64,000 nucleotides of DNA from an uncultured Alphaproteobacteria bacterium (GTDB lineage Bacteria; Pseudomonadota; Alphaproteobacteria; Sphingomonadales; Sphingomonadaceae). A model generated the notes under the pieces. The model was given only the letters and a program-made list of their open reading frames with translations, searched no databases and was not told the origin of the DNA. The position numbers and the translations under genes are program-made. Where the stretch lies: the NCBI GenBank assembly GCA_963849435.1, contig CAWKHO010000016.1, positions 7,517 through 71,516 on the forward strand, in the 5' to 3' direction. Below are positions 46,431-55,807 of this stretch, one piece after another. The first letter of the stretch is position 1, and the number at the start of each line of letters is the position of its first letter.

Positions 46431-46808
46431 ATGGCCAAGTACGATCGCCTCGGGGAACATCTCTCCGGCCTGAGCCGGGACACCAGCCACACCCTCAGCT
46501 TCGATCGGATAGAGGCTATCGTCGGCTTTGCACTGCCGAAGAGCGCCCGCGCATATCAGGCGTGGTGGGCGAATCAGGTCGGCGGCGGCCATGTTCAGGC
46601 CAATGCCTGGCTCGACCAGGGCTGGCACACCGCGGAACTCTCGCTGGGCCGCCGTCAGGTGACCTTCACGCCCGTCGCGACGCCTCGCGCACCGAGGGGC
46701 CTGCGGGGATCGACGCCGCCGGGACTTTCGATCGACGAAGCGAAGCGAGGGATTGCGCTGCGATATCGCGTCCGTCCCGAGCAAGTCGAAATCGCGGTTC
46801 GCACGTAG
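46431..46808 (+). CDS. hypothetical protein (KY..L..HL / LP.SA....WW.N family)
   Basis: GGAGG RBS; MAKYDRLGEHL..SFDRIEAIVGFALPKSA...WWAN..QANAWL..GW; C-terminal LSIDEAKRGIA. Confidence 0.8.
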   Translation: MAKYDRLGEHLSGLSRDTSHTLSFDRIEAIVGFALPKSARAYQAWWANQVGGGHVQANAWLDQGWHTAELSLGRRQVTFTPVATPRAPRGLRGSTPPGLSIDEAKRGIALRYRVRPEQVEIAVRT

Positions 46809-46829
46809 GTAGGAGCCGAGCGCAGCCCG

Positions 46830-46958
46830 CTAGCTATTCTTCAAATTCTCCAGCCCGCGCACGCCGCCCTTCTGCGACGGCTGCGAGGCGTTGGTCTTCA
46901 CCTTCGCCTTCTTCGGCTTGCGCGCTTCCTTGCTCGATCGTTGCTGACCCTTGGCCAT
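46830..46958 (-). CDS. small basic protein
   Basis: MAKGQQRSSKEARKPKK...; AGGAG RBS. Confidence 0.7.
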   Translation of the reverse strand: MAKGQQRSSKEARKPKKAKVKTNASQPSQKGGVRGLENLKNS

Positions 46959-47107
46959 ATTTGCTCTCCTGCGGCGCTTCTCGTCTGCGGCACTTAGCGC
47001 AAATTTCCGCTGTCCTACAGCACCCCTTCTGGTCCAAACTGACCGATGCGCGCACGACGTCCGCTTCACCGGCTCCCCGCCTCTGCGCGCTTCGTTGCGC
47101 CGGCAAA

Positions 47108-47162
47108 TCCGACACATCCGACAACCCCCCGTTTCAACCTGCCCTGTCGGATGGGTGTCGGA
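47108..47162. repeat. inverted-repeat element TCCGACACATCCGACA...TGTCGGATGGGTGTCGGA
   Basis: Long imperfect hairpin; left arm matches 23773-23795 at 22/23 positions. Confidence 0.65.
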
Positions 47163-47282
47163 AAATCCCTGCGTCTCCGATCGCCGTCGAACCATCCCGC
47201 CGTGCATCGGCACCAACTGGAGGACAGGCGTCATTCACGCTAGACCATGTATCTGTCCGCTCCGGGGGAGGACCTGTTGAAG

Positions 47283-48341
47283 ATGCGCCGCGCTCTGATC
47301 CTTGCGTTCCTGGCTGCGCTTCCCGCCGTCGCGCGGGCGGGTGCGACCGCCGAGCCTCCCCGAATCGGCAGGCCCAGGCCCGTCCCGTCCACCGCCACTC
47401 CGGACGTGCTGCCGCTCCCCCCGGCGCAGTTCGACAATTCACTCGCCATCGGCGGAAAGGACCTCAAGGCGCGCGCGATCGACACCCGCCTCAGCGTCGA
47501 TGTGCAGGTGAACGGTCGCGGGCCATATCATTTCGTCGTCGACAGCGGCGCCGACACTTCGGCCGTCGGCCTGAGGATCGCGCACGACCTGGAGCTGCCG
47601 CTCGGCACTCCGGCAATCGTCGACGGAATGACCTCGCGCGACGTGGTCGACCGCGTGATGGTCGCCGAGCTGACCCTTGGACCGACGACCGTCAGGAACC
47701 TCGAGCTTCCAGCGCTGCGCGAGACCGATTTGGGCGGCGACGGCCTCGTCGGCATCGACGCGCTTGTCGAGCAGCGCCTGCTGATGGATTTCGAGAAGCA
47801 TTTGATCAAGGTCGAGGACGCGCGGATCCCGATCCACATCGAGCCTGGCGATATCGTGATCACCGCCAAGCGCAAACGCGGCCAGCTGATCCTGACGGAA
47901 GTCCGCGCGGCGCGACTCCGGCTCGACGCGGTGATCGACACCGGATCGGAAATCACCATCGGCAATACCGCACTGCGCGACAAGCTACTCGCCAAGGGAG
48001 CCAAGTTCTGGGAGGTCGAGGCCATTGGGGTGACCGGCGTCAAAACCAAATTGCAGCTTGCGCGGATCGATCAGCTGCAGCTCGGCCCGGTGACGCTGCT
48101 GGATGTCCCGATCGCCTTTGCCGATGTGCCGCCGTTCAAGGTGTTCGGCATCGCCGACGGCCCGGCTTTGCTGCTCGGCACCGATATCTTGCAGACCTTC
48201 CGGCGTGTTTCGCTCGACTTTCGCGCGCGCAGGGTTCGCTTTCAGCTCCGGCGTTGCGACGAAGGTGTGAGCATCAGCACCGCGCCGGTCGACATGTTCA
48301 CGCGCTTGCGGGCCGACGCCGCGGAAGCCTGTTTGCGGTAG
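47283..48341 (+). CDS. secreted two-domain retropepsin-like aspartyl protease
   Basis: FVVDSGA and AVIDTGS catalytic motifs; signal peptide. Confidence 0.88.
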   Translation: MRRALILAFLAALPAVARAGATAEPPRIGRPRPVPSTATPDVLPLPPAQFDNSLAIGGKDLKARAIDTRLSVDVQVNGRGPYHFVVDSGADTSAVGLRIAHDLELPLGTPAIVDGMTSRDVVDRVMVAELTLGPTTVRNLELPALRETDLGGDGLVGIDALVEQRLLMDFEKHLIKVEDARIPIHIEPGDIVITAKRKRGQLILTEVRAARLRLDAVIDTGSEITIGNTALRDKLLAKGAKFWEVEAIGVTGVKTKLQLARIDQLQLGPVTLLDVPIAFADVPPFKVFGIADGPALLLGTDILQTFRRVSLDFRARRVRFQLRRCDEGVSISTAPVDMFTRLRADAAEACLR

Positions 48342-48398
48342 CGAGGAACGATTTGTTCACCCTCTTTGCGCACAAGGAGTCGCGAAGGGTGACTCAGC

Positions 48399-48887
48399 AT
48401 GGCTGATTCCACGACACGCGCCGACGGCCAACCAGAACGCAGGCGCGCCAACCGCGCGGCGCTGAACCTCTCCGCCACGATGCGGGAGGGGAGCCGCAGC
48501 AAGGCGCAGGTGCGGGTGATCGACATTTCCACGCATGGCGCCCGAATCGAGTGCACCACGAACGTCACCGAGGAGAGCAAGATCTGGCTCGCCATCGCCG
48601 GACTCGAGAATCAATATTGCCGGGTCGTCTGGCACTGCCAGGAATTCGTCGGCGTCGAATTCGAAAAGCCGCTCGCCGAAGCCGTGCTCGACAAGCTGCT
48701 CAAGGACCACGCGCAGCTCAGCGAGAAAGCGATCAAGGACTTGCGCAACATCGCCACGCGCACGCACTGGCTGGCGCGGCAGGCGGACGACGATCAGATT
48801 CACATTCTGGCCGAGCTATCCCGCCAGTGCGCGGTCGATGCGCTCGTCGAAGGCTTCCGACTAGGACAGGACAAGCCGGCCAAATAG
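48399..48887 (+). CDS. PilZ domain protein
   Basis: RRANR (RxxxR) and DISTHG (DxSxxG) motifs. Confidence 0.85.
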   Translation: MADSTTRADGQPERRRANRAALNLSATMREGSRSKAQVRVIDISTHGARIECTTNVTEESKIWLAIAGLENQYCRVVWHCQEFVGVEFEKPLAEAVLDKLLKDHAQLSEKAIKDLRNIATRTHWLARQADDDQIHILAELSRQCAVDALVEGFRLGQDKPAK

Positions 48888-48912
48888 CCGCCGCTTAGTT
48901 TAGAGCGGCCGC

Positions 48913-50482
48913 TCAGGCGGCCTTCTTCGCTCCGTTCAGCACTCCGGCGATGCCGCCCTCGGCCTCCAGGCGCTCGCCGAGCGTTCCGCGCGGCAGCTCT
49001 TCCTTCAAGGCCCACGCAAGCACCGCTTCGAGCTGGGCAATCGTCGAATCGTCGCAGAGGCCATCGAACGCGAGCTTGACGACCGGCTTCATTGGCGCGC
49101 GCAGCTGGATCTTCAGGCCCTGCGCCTCGACCAGCCGGAGATATTCTTCCGGTGCATCCTCGGCATCGAGCGCGAAATCGTAAGCCGCGGCGAGGCCTTC
49201 ATAGAGCGCCGCATTGGCCCTGAGCTTGGCCGCCCGCGCCTCATCGGCCTTGGCGCGGACTTCAGTGAGTTTGCTTTGCAAGGATCCCTCCAATGCTGGG
49301 GCGGGTTGTTCCGCGTGTTCGACTTCCGGTTGTTCGATGGCCATCGTTTCCTTAGCCGCATATTCGTCCGCCGGCTCTTCTACCGTCGGCAGTTCCTCGG
49401 GCGGAAGCTCGGCGAGCGGCTGTTCTTCGACAGGTTGCTCATCGACAGCGCTGCTCGTCCGGAATCTTTGCGGCAGGGACGACCGGCTCAACCTTGACCG
49501 GCTCGCTGCCGTAGAAGCCCGCCAATCCGGCGAGACTATCGAACAATTTCGCAAAGCCCGGCGTCGACTTGGCTGCGGGCGGGGAGGCTTCCGCCGACCT
49601 ATGCTCGTCGCTGGGTTGGACCGCCTCGGCAGGGGACTCGGTTAGCTCGGCGACAGGTTCCGTCTGCTCGACCTCGTCGAGTGCAAGTTCGGCCGTCTCT
49701 TCGATTGGCGCCTCGTTCGTCGGCTCTTCAACGGCAACGTCGTCTGCTACCACTTCGACCGGGGTTTCTTCGAGGGCCTGCACCTCTTCGGGAACAAGGT
49801 CCGTGACCTCTTCGACGGGCTCGGGAACGACCTCAACCACCTCTTCGACCGGCTCAGGAACGACCTCAGCCACCTCGACGATCTCAGGTTCCGGAACGAC
49901 CTCCGCAATTTCTTCGACCGGTTCGGAAGCGGCTTCCGGCGCGTCCACATTCTTCGGCTTCTTGGCCGGCTCCGCAGCCTTCACCGGAGCACCCTCGACA
50001 CTGACGAGGGCGTAAACATAATCCACCCAGGCGCCGCCGGCGCTCAGCGGCAGCAGGGTCGCCCAGCAGCGTGCGGACCCGTCAGCGGTTGAGAATTCAT
50101 CCTCGAACGCCAGAAAATCGCGCGAGATCGCCACGATCGGGAGCTTCTTGGCGATGCAGGCGAGCAGCGACGGGTTCGGCGCGTCGATGATTTGCTCGAC
50201 ATCCACGTAAGTCTTCAGCTTTTCGCCCACATGGCGGATTTCGGCATCGTGGCCGCCGCTGATGAGCTCCAGGAGAATGGAGGTCGGCCCCGCATCGGTC
50301 AGCTCGAGCGGGTCGAGATCGTGGAGCGGCGGAAATTCCTTGTCCCCGCGGATCGACAGCCAATAGTTGAGCACGCGCGCGTGGCGGCCCCGCTCGGCAC
50401 TCGCGATCGTGCGGAACGCGCTCAGCAGCGTGTCCGCCTCCGGCCGCTCGGCCGCCTGCATGCCCGAATTGGGCGCTCCCAT
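48913..50482 (-). CDS. PAS-like N-terminal domain + acidic repeat linker + helical C-terminal domain (frameshift ~49470)
   Basis: ER.RH....YW.S.RG..FP N-terminus; EVVPEPVEE repeats; AALY..AYDFAL..RAPM.P.VKL.F. Confidence 0.7.
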
Positions 50483-50636
50483 CCCAGCCTCCGCGTGAAT
50501 CTCTTGGAACAGCTTGTGCCCCTCGTCCTTCTTAGAAAAGGTTAACTCGGCGCCTCCTTTCGCTAAGACGAAGCGGCCCTTGTTAGCGCTAACGATGCGT
50601 GATTAGTTCGACGCCGACGATTTGAGGGAGAGAGCG

Positions 50637-51702
50637 ATGTGGAAATATCTCGTGACGGCGAGCCTCGCTGCCTGCCGACCGGCCCCGCGTTTGCGCAGAC
50701 GCCAGATTATGCCGCGAGCGCGCTCAACAGCTCCCGACGTCTTTGCGCTGGGCAGCTACGGCGCGCCTACTTCCATCGTCGATGATCCCAATGTCCCCGG
50801 CGGCAAGGCCCTCCGTATCCAGGCGGAGAAGGGCACCAATACCTGGGATGCGGCGGTGAACAGCCAGGTCAAGCTGCCGGTCAAGGCCGGCGATCCGCTG
50901 GTGCTCGCGTTTTGGGCCCGGCTGGCTAGCGGCGGGAATGGGGCGACCAGCGTAACCCTTCCGTGGGCGTCGGTCAGCCTCGGCTCGGCTCCGTGGACGC
51001 CGGTGTTCGGCGGGCCGGTGACGATCGGCCACGACTGGAAAATCATCGAAGTGCGCGGCACGGCCGACAAGGACTATCCGCCGGGCACGCTAAGCGCCGG
51101 CATCCAAGTTGCGACCGGCAAGCAGACAATCGACTTCGGTCCGCTGTACGTGGCCAAGGCATCCGGCGGCGCGCAGGTCCAGCCAGTGTCTGCGCCGCGC
51201 GGCTCCGTCGGCTCTTGCGGCACTCGATCCGGACACCATCGCCAGCAAGATCGTCAACGATCCCGGGGCGCCGGAGGTCAGAGGCGTGAAAGCCCAGCTC
51301 GTCGACGATCCGAAGGTGACCGGCGGCAAGGCGATGCGCGTGCAGATCCCCCGAAAAGGACAGAATGCATGGGATATTTCGGTCAACAGCGCGCTTAAGA
51401 AGCCGGTCAAGGCCGGCGATACCTTGCTCCTCGTGTTTCAGGCGAGGCTCGTCCAGGGTGAGAACGGGGCGACCACCGCCACGCTCCCATGGAATGCCGT
51501 CAGCCTGACCAGCCCCCCGTGGTCCGGGGTCATCGGTGGACCCACTGATATCGGCCCCGATTGGAAAATGGTCGAAATCAAGGGCAAGGCCGACAGGAAC
51601 TACGCGCCGGGCACGCTCGCCGCGGGAATCCAACTCGCGACGGCCAAGCAAACGGTCGACCTCGGCCCAATCATCGTGCTCGACCTCGGGCAGGGGCAAT
51701 AG
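50637..51702 (+). CDS. secreted protein with two tandem CBM4/9-like domains (frameshifted)
   Basis: Internal duplication: VDDP.V.GGKA.R, WD, PVKAGD.L.L.F.ARL, W...E..G.AD..Y, KQT.D.GP. Confidence 0.7.
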
Positions 51703-51780
51703 CTTCTGCCTGACTAGGGCCGGACCACCGGAATGGTTCGACGCTTTCCGCCGGCGCCGCGGAAGGCTAGTCAGCCGGCG

Positions 51781-52092
51781 ATGAAGCATTTCCTCCTCTT
51801 CTACGAAGCCGGGCCGAACTATCTCGAGCGTCGGCCACAGTTCCGCGGCGAGCATCTGCGGCATGCCTGGGACGCCGCCGATCGGGGCGAATTGATCGTC
51901 GCCGGCGCTTTCGCCGATCCTGTCGACGGCGCGGTGTTGATGTTCCGCGGCGAGGATGCGTGCGTCGCCGAGGCATTCGCCCATGCGGACCCTTACGTCA
52001 CCAATGGCCTCGTCGCTGGCTGGCGCGTTCGCGAGTGGAATACCGTCGTCGGCGAAATCGCCGTCAATCCGGTTAGGGCGGAAGACCTGTGA
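51781..52092 (+). CDS. YciI-like protein
   Basis: R..FRGEHL, AGAFADP and FA.ADPYV.NG motifs. Confidence 0.88.
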   Translation: MKHFLLFYEAGPNYLERRPQFRGEHLRHAWDAADRGELIVAGAFADPVDGAVLMFRGEDACVAEAFAHADPYVTNGLVAGWRVREWNTVVGEIAVNPVRAEDL

Positions 52093-52505
52093 GCGACTAT
52101 TCCGCCGAAGGCGGTTGCCTGTGCGGCGCGGTCCGCTACCGCGTTTCCGGCGAGGCGATCGCGGCCACCCTTTGCCACTGCCGCTCATGTCGCCGGGCGA
52201 GCGGCGGCACCAACGTCGCCTGGGCCGTCTTTGAAAAGAGCGCATTCGAATGGCTTTCGGACAAGCCGGTCGCTTATTCCTCGTCGCGCGGCATCGAATG
52301 GCTCCGCTGCCATCATTGCGGAAGCCTGGTCGGGTACCGCCGCTCCTCGCGCCCTGAGCACATGGATATCACCACCGGCACGTTCGACAATCCAAACCTC
52401 TATCCGCCCACCGTCGAGATCTGGCTCGAACACAAGATCGGTTGGGAGACGCTCAGCCCCACCTTGCTCAAGCGGCCCCAGAGCAGTCTGAACGCAAGCG
52501 AGTGA
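52089..52505 (+). CDS. GFA/CENP-V family protein
   Basis: GGCLCGAVRY, CHCRSCR and C..CG zinc motifs. Confidence 0.9.
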   Translation: MSDYSAEGGCLCGAVRYRVSGEAIAATLCHCRSCRRASGGTNVAWAVFEKSAFEWLSDKPVAYSSSRGIEWLRCHHCGSLVGYRRSSRPEHMDITTGTFDNPNLYPPTVEIWLEHKIGWETLSPTLLKRPQSSLNASE

Positions 52506-52594
52506 TCGACAGACGGCACAGCTGAGCTGGTGTTTCGCTCAAAAAAAGGAGCGCCCGCCGAACGGACGCCCCTTAAAACGCGCAATTTGTAGGA

Positions 52595-52918
52595 TCAGTG
52601 TTTCTTCTTGTCCGTCGTGTTGCTCGTGCTGTTGTCTGTCGTGTTGCTCGCGGCGTTCTTGAGCGCGTTGGCTTTGTTCTCAGCAGCGCTCTTGACCGCC
52701 TCAGCCTTGTTTTCGCCTTCGTTCTTTACGGCCGCCGCCTCGTTCGACGCATTGGCCTGGATATTCTCGGCCTCATTCTCCGCATTGGCAGTGATGTTCT
52801 CAGCCACATTCTCGGCGTTGGCTTCGATGTTGTCCGCGGCATTGCTTTGCGGGTTCTGTTTGCAGGCGGTCAGTGCCGCAAGGCTGAACGCAACTGCGAG
52901 CGCAGTTGAGGTTCTCAT
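52595..52918 (-). CDS. low-complexity Asn/Ala/Glu-rich lipoprotein
   Basis: LTAC lipobox; 11-aa NI.ANAEN.A repeats. Confidence 0.8.
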   Translation of the reverse strand: MRTSTALAVAFSLAALTACKQNPQSNAADNIEANAENVAENITANAENEAENIQANASNEAAAVKNEGENKAEAVKSAAENKANALKNAASNTTDNSTSNTTDKKKH

Positions 52919-53111
52919 GTGCTTTCCCCTTTGTTGTTCCGGACGGGCGCGAAAGCGCATGGACCGGCGAACGGTTCCCGGATCATCCGTATATTAATCT
53001 TGGGTCGGATTCCCCTATTCAGCAGCCGGTCGACACCTGCGTCGAGCCACGCTTGACCAGCCGCACCGCCTCCTTTGGCGTGCCGGGCGCGAGCTACTCC
53101 CCGCATAGCAG

Positions 53112-53633
53112 CTACTTCAGTGCTTTGACCGCCGCGAGGGTCTTCTCCACGTGCTTGCTGAAGTCGAGGTCGTCATGAACCATGGCGATCTTGCCGTTCG
53201 TCCCAATCACGTATGACGTCCGTGTGGTGATTCCGGGATGCGCGGCCCAGGCGACATCATAGGCCTTCTGCGTTTCGGGCGTCGCGGTCGCGACCGGAAA
53301 AGCGCTGCGGCATTCCTTGGTCGAGAAGTCATGCAGCGTCTTGAGGTCATCGGCCGACATTCCGATCACCTGTGCGCCGGCTTTCTTGAAATCGCCGATG
53401 CTCTCACTGAATGCATGCGCTTCAGCGGTGCAGCCGCTGGTGAAGGCCTTGGGGAAGAAATAGAGGACGACCGGACCTTTCTTGAGCTGCTCGGCGAGGT
53501 GAAGCTTGAACTCCTTGCCGCCGACGGCCCCGGTGGTGGTAAAATCGGGCGCTTTGGTGCCGACCGGGAGCGCTGCAGTGGCAGGGGTCAGTGCCAGGCC
53601 GGCAGCGGCCAATCCGAACAGAAGTTTGCGCAT
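53112..53633 (-). CDS. exported peroxiredoxin (BCP/PrxQ-like)
   Basis: VVLYFFPKAFTSGCTAEA motif; signal peptide. Confidence 0.9.
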   Translation of the reverse strand: MRKLLFGLAAAGLALTPATAALPVGTKAPDFTTTGAVGGKEFKLHLAEQLKKGPVVLYFFPKAFTSGCTAEAHAFSESIGDFKKAGAQVIGMSADDLKTLHDFSTKECRSAFPVATATPETQKAYDVAWAAHPGITTRTSYVIGTNGKIAMVHDDLDFSKHVEKTLAAVKALK

Positions 53634-53657
53634 GAATGAGTCCTCCTCGACGCGGTT

Positions 53658-54095
53658 CTACCGCGTGGGTGCCAAAAGTGCGAGGGTGCGTTCATCGGCT
53701 TTCCCGCCGAAGAATGCGTCGAGCGCGCTTGCAAATACATCGTTCGGTGCAACCCGGTCGAACAGCGTGAGGCTCGAGCGGAGTTTCATCGCGTCGATCG
53801 GGGCGAGAATTTGCTCGGCGGACCTTTTGCCGCCCCAGGGCATCAGCGCCTCGACGGATTGCCTCAATCGCGGCCCAAGCAGAGGATGCGCAAGATAGGC
53901 CCGCGCCTCATCCACTCCGGATAGGGCGTAGAATTGCGCGGTAGGGCTTCGGCCCAGTCCGGCGAGTTGGGGACAGATGAACCACATCCAGTGACTCTGC
54001 TTGGATCCGGCGCGGAGCTCAGCCAGCGCGATCTCGAAGACACCCTGTTGGGCATCGATGAAGCGTTGGAGATTGTGCGGATCGGAAGCGGGCAC
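53658..54095 (-). CDS. DUF1810 family protein
   Basis: LQRFIDAQ, K.SHWMWF and AYLAHPLLG.RL motifs. Confidence 0.88.
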   Translation of the reverse strand: MPASDPHNLQRFIDAQQGVFEIALAELRAGSKQSHWMWFICPQLAGLGRSPTAQFYALSGVDEARAYLAHPLLGPRLRQSVEALMPWGGKRSAEQILAPIDAMKLRSSLTLFDRVAPNDVFASALDAFFGGKADERTLALLAPTR

Positions 54096-54143
54096 CCACG
54101 CACAATGCGCTTGGCAAGGCCAGGGGTGAAGGGGGGCTGGCGC

Positions 54144-54329
54144 TTAGTGGTTTGGCGCCAGCAGCCCCGCGACGAGATAGAAGAAGACCATCACCGGGCC
54201 CGTCAGCAGCGTGGCCGCGACAAAGGCCAGCCGGATCACGGTTGGGTCAACACCGGTGTAGTCGGCAAGTCCGGCGGCGACGCCCATTACCTTGGCGTCG
54301 CGCCGGTTGATGAGGAAACGTCCGTTCAT
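54144..54329 (-). CDS. PspC domain protein
   Basis: KVMGVAAGLADYTGVDPTVIRL. Confidence 0.88.
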   Translation of the reverse strand: MNGRFLINRRDAKVMGVAAGLADYTGVDPTVIRLAFVAATLLTGPVMVFFYLVAGLLAPNH

Positions 54330-54358
54330 TTTCTGGTGTCCTTTGGGTCCGAGGGACT

Positions 54359-54466
54359 TCAGGCGATCGGCAGCGAGGTGGCGGCCGAAACGAGCAAAAG
54401 CGCGGAGAGGAATGCACCGGCGAATAGGGTGGCGGTCTCACGGGCGGAAGCGAGAGTGGTGAACAT
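54359..54466 (-). CDS. 35-aa hydrophobic small protein (not in ORF track)
   Basis: MFTTLASARETATLFAGAFLSALLLVSAATSLPIA*; AAGGGG RBS; lies between the sigma54 promoter and pspC. Confidence 0.65.
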   Translation of the reverse strand: MFTTLASARETATLFAGAFLSALLLVSAATSLPIA

Positions 54467-54526
54467 TGGAAAACCCCTTTTGAGTTTCTTGCCGAACCCG
54501 ACGATCCGGGTCCGCGCAATTATCAA

Positions 54527-54543
54527 TGCAGGGGTTGTGCCAA
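54527..54543 (-). promoter_or_regulatory. sigma54 promoter
   Basis: TTGGCAC-N5-CTGCA (-24/-12) upstream of the small ORF and pspC; palindromic UAS-like sites at ~54584-54632. Confidence 0.7.
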
Positions 54544-54851
54544 TTCGATAATGTCGTTATTTTTCAGTAGCAGTCCGCAAGCCGTGGCGAAAACCACCAA
54601 GGCTGGACGCCAGGAGTTGGGAAAATTTCCGCTGCGAGGTCGGATTTGTCCGCTCTTGTGTCCGGTTTCGGACACCTCAGCTAGGATAGCCGAGCCGCTC
54701 CGCCCACGGCAGCAGCACCGGGAGCACCGGCGCGCCGTTTTTTCATATCATCTCCACCGCTCACCCCGCGGCTCGCTGCGCACAGTCGATGATGACGATG
54801 GCAACGAGGCGCTTTGCGGCCGCCGTCACCTGTCAGTGAGTCGCCAACGAC

Positions 54852-55706
54852 TCAGCTCGAGGTGGTGTCCCCACCATCCGGGTGTAGCACCTGCGCCGTC
54901 ATGTAGCTCGAATCCTCACACGCCAGGAACAGGAAGGCCGGTGCGACTTCGTTGGGCTGGCCCGGACGGCCCATCGGCGTCTTCTTGCCAAACTCCGGAA
55001 GCTTCTCCGGCTCCTTTCCGCCAAACGGATTGAGCGGAGTCCAGATCGGCCCGGGAGCGACCGCGTTCACGCGAATACCTTGCCTGACGAGATTCAATGC
55101 GAGCGAGCGCGTGAAAGCGGTGATCGCGCCCTTCGTCGCGCTGTAGTCGAGCAGGTGCTTCGACCCCGAGTACATCGTCTCCGATGTGCAGTTGATGATC
55201 GCGGATCCTTCCTTCAGCTGCGGGAGTGCCGCCTGGGTCAGGTAGAACATCCCGAAGATATTGGTCTGAAAGGTGCGCCTCAGCTGGTCGTCGGTGATGT
55301 CCCGGATGTCCCTGTCCGAATGCTGTTCGCCGGCATTGTTGACGAGGATATCGAGGCGGCCGAGTTGATCGACGGTCTTTTTCACCGCCAGCTCACAAAC
55401 CTGCTTGTCGCCGATGTCGCCGGCAATCGCGATCGCCCGGCGCCCTTCCTTCTCGACGATTTGCTTCGTCTTGGCCGCATCGTCGTGTTCGCAGAGGTAC
55501 AGGATCGCGATATCGGCGCCTTCGCGCGCGAACAACGTGGCGACGGCGCGGCCAATGCCGCTATCGCCGCCGGTGATCAGCGCGACCTTGCCCTTCAGCC
55601 GGTCGGACCCTTTGTAGCGCGGCTCCCAGTCGGGTTTGGGCTCCAGCTTGCTTTCGTGACCCGGCAGCTGATCCTCGTGGATCATTGGCTCCATGACGTC
55701 AGACAT
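54852..55706 (-). CDS. SDR oxidoreductase (general stress protein 39-like)
   Basis: LITGGDSGIG, NNAG and YSATKG motifs. Confidence 0.92.
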   Translation of the reverse strand: MSDVMEPMIHEDQLPGHESKLEPKPDWEPRYKGSDRLKGKVALITGGDSGIGRAVATLFAREGADIAILYLCEHDDAAKTKQIVEKEGRRAIAIAGDIGDKQVCELAVKKTVDQLGRLDILVNNAGEQHSDRDIRDITDDQLRRTFQTNIFGMFYLTQAALPQLKEGSAIINCTSETMYSGSKHLLDYSATKGAITAFTRSLALNLVRQGIRVNAVAPGPIWTPLNPFGGKEPEKLPEFGKKTPMGRPGQPNEVAPAFLFLACEDSSYMTAQVLHPDGGDTTSS

Positions 55707-55729
55707 CGGCAAATCCTCCTCGCCGGACG

Positions 55730-55754
55730 AACCCACCGAAGGCTCCGTCGTTCC
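55730..55754 (-). promoter_or_regulatory. sigma-EcfG promoter
   Basis: GGAAC-N16-GGTT upstream of the SDR gene. Confidence 0.6.
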
Positions 55755-55807
55755 AGCGTCCATCGGTGCGAATTGCCGCTCCGCCGCAGGCGCCCTAACT
55801 AAGGCTC

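Noticed and set aside
44401-48406. Long alternative-frame ORFs (e.g. 45983..48406 807 aa, 44401..45675; also 25802..27622)
   Set aside because: Shadow ORFs of high-GC DNA overlapping well-supported genes; Arg/Pro/Ala-rich with no motifs.
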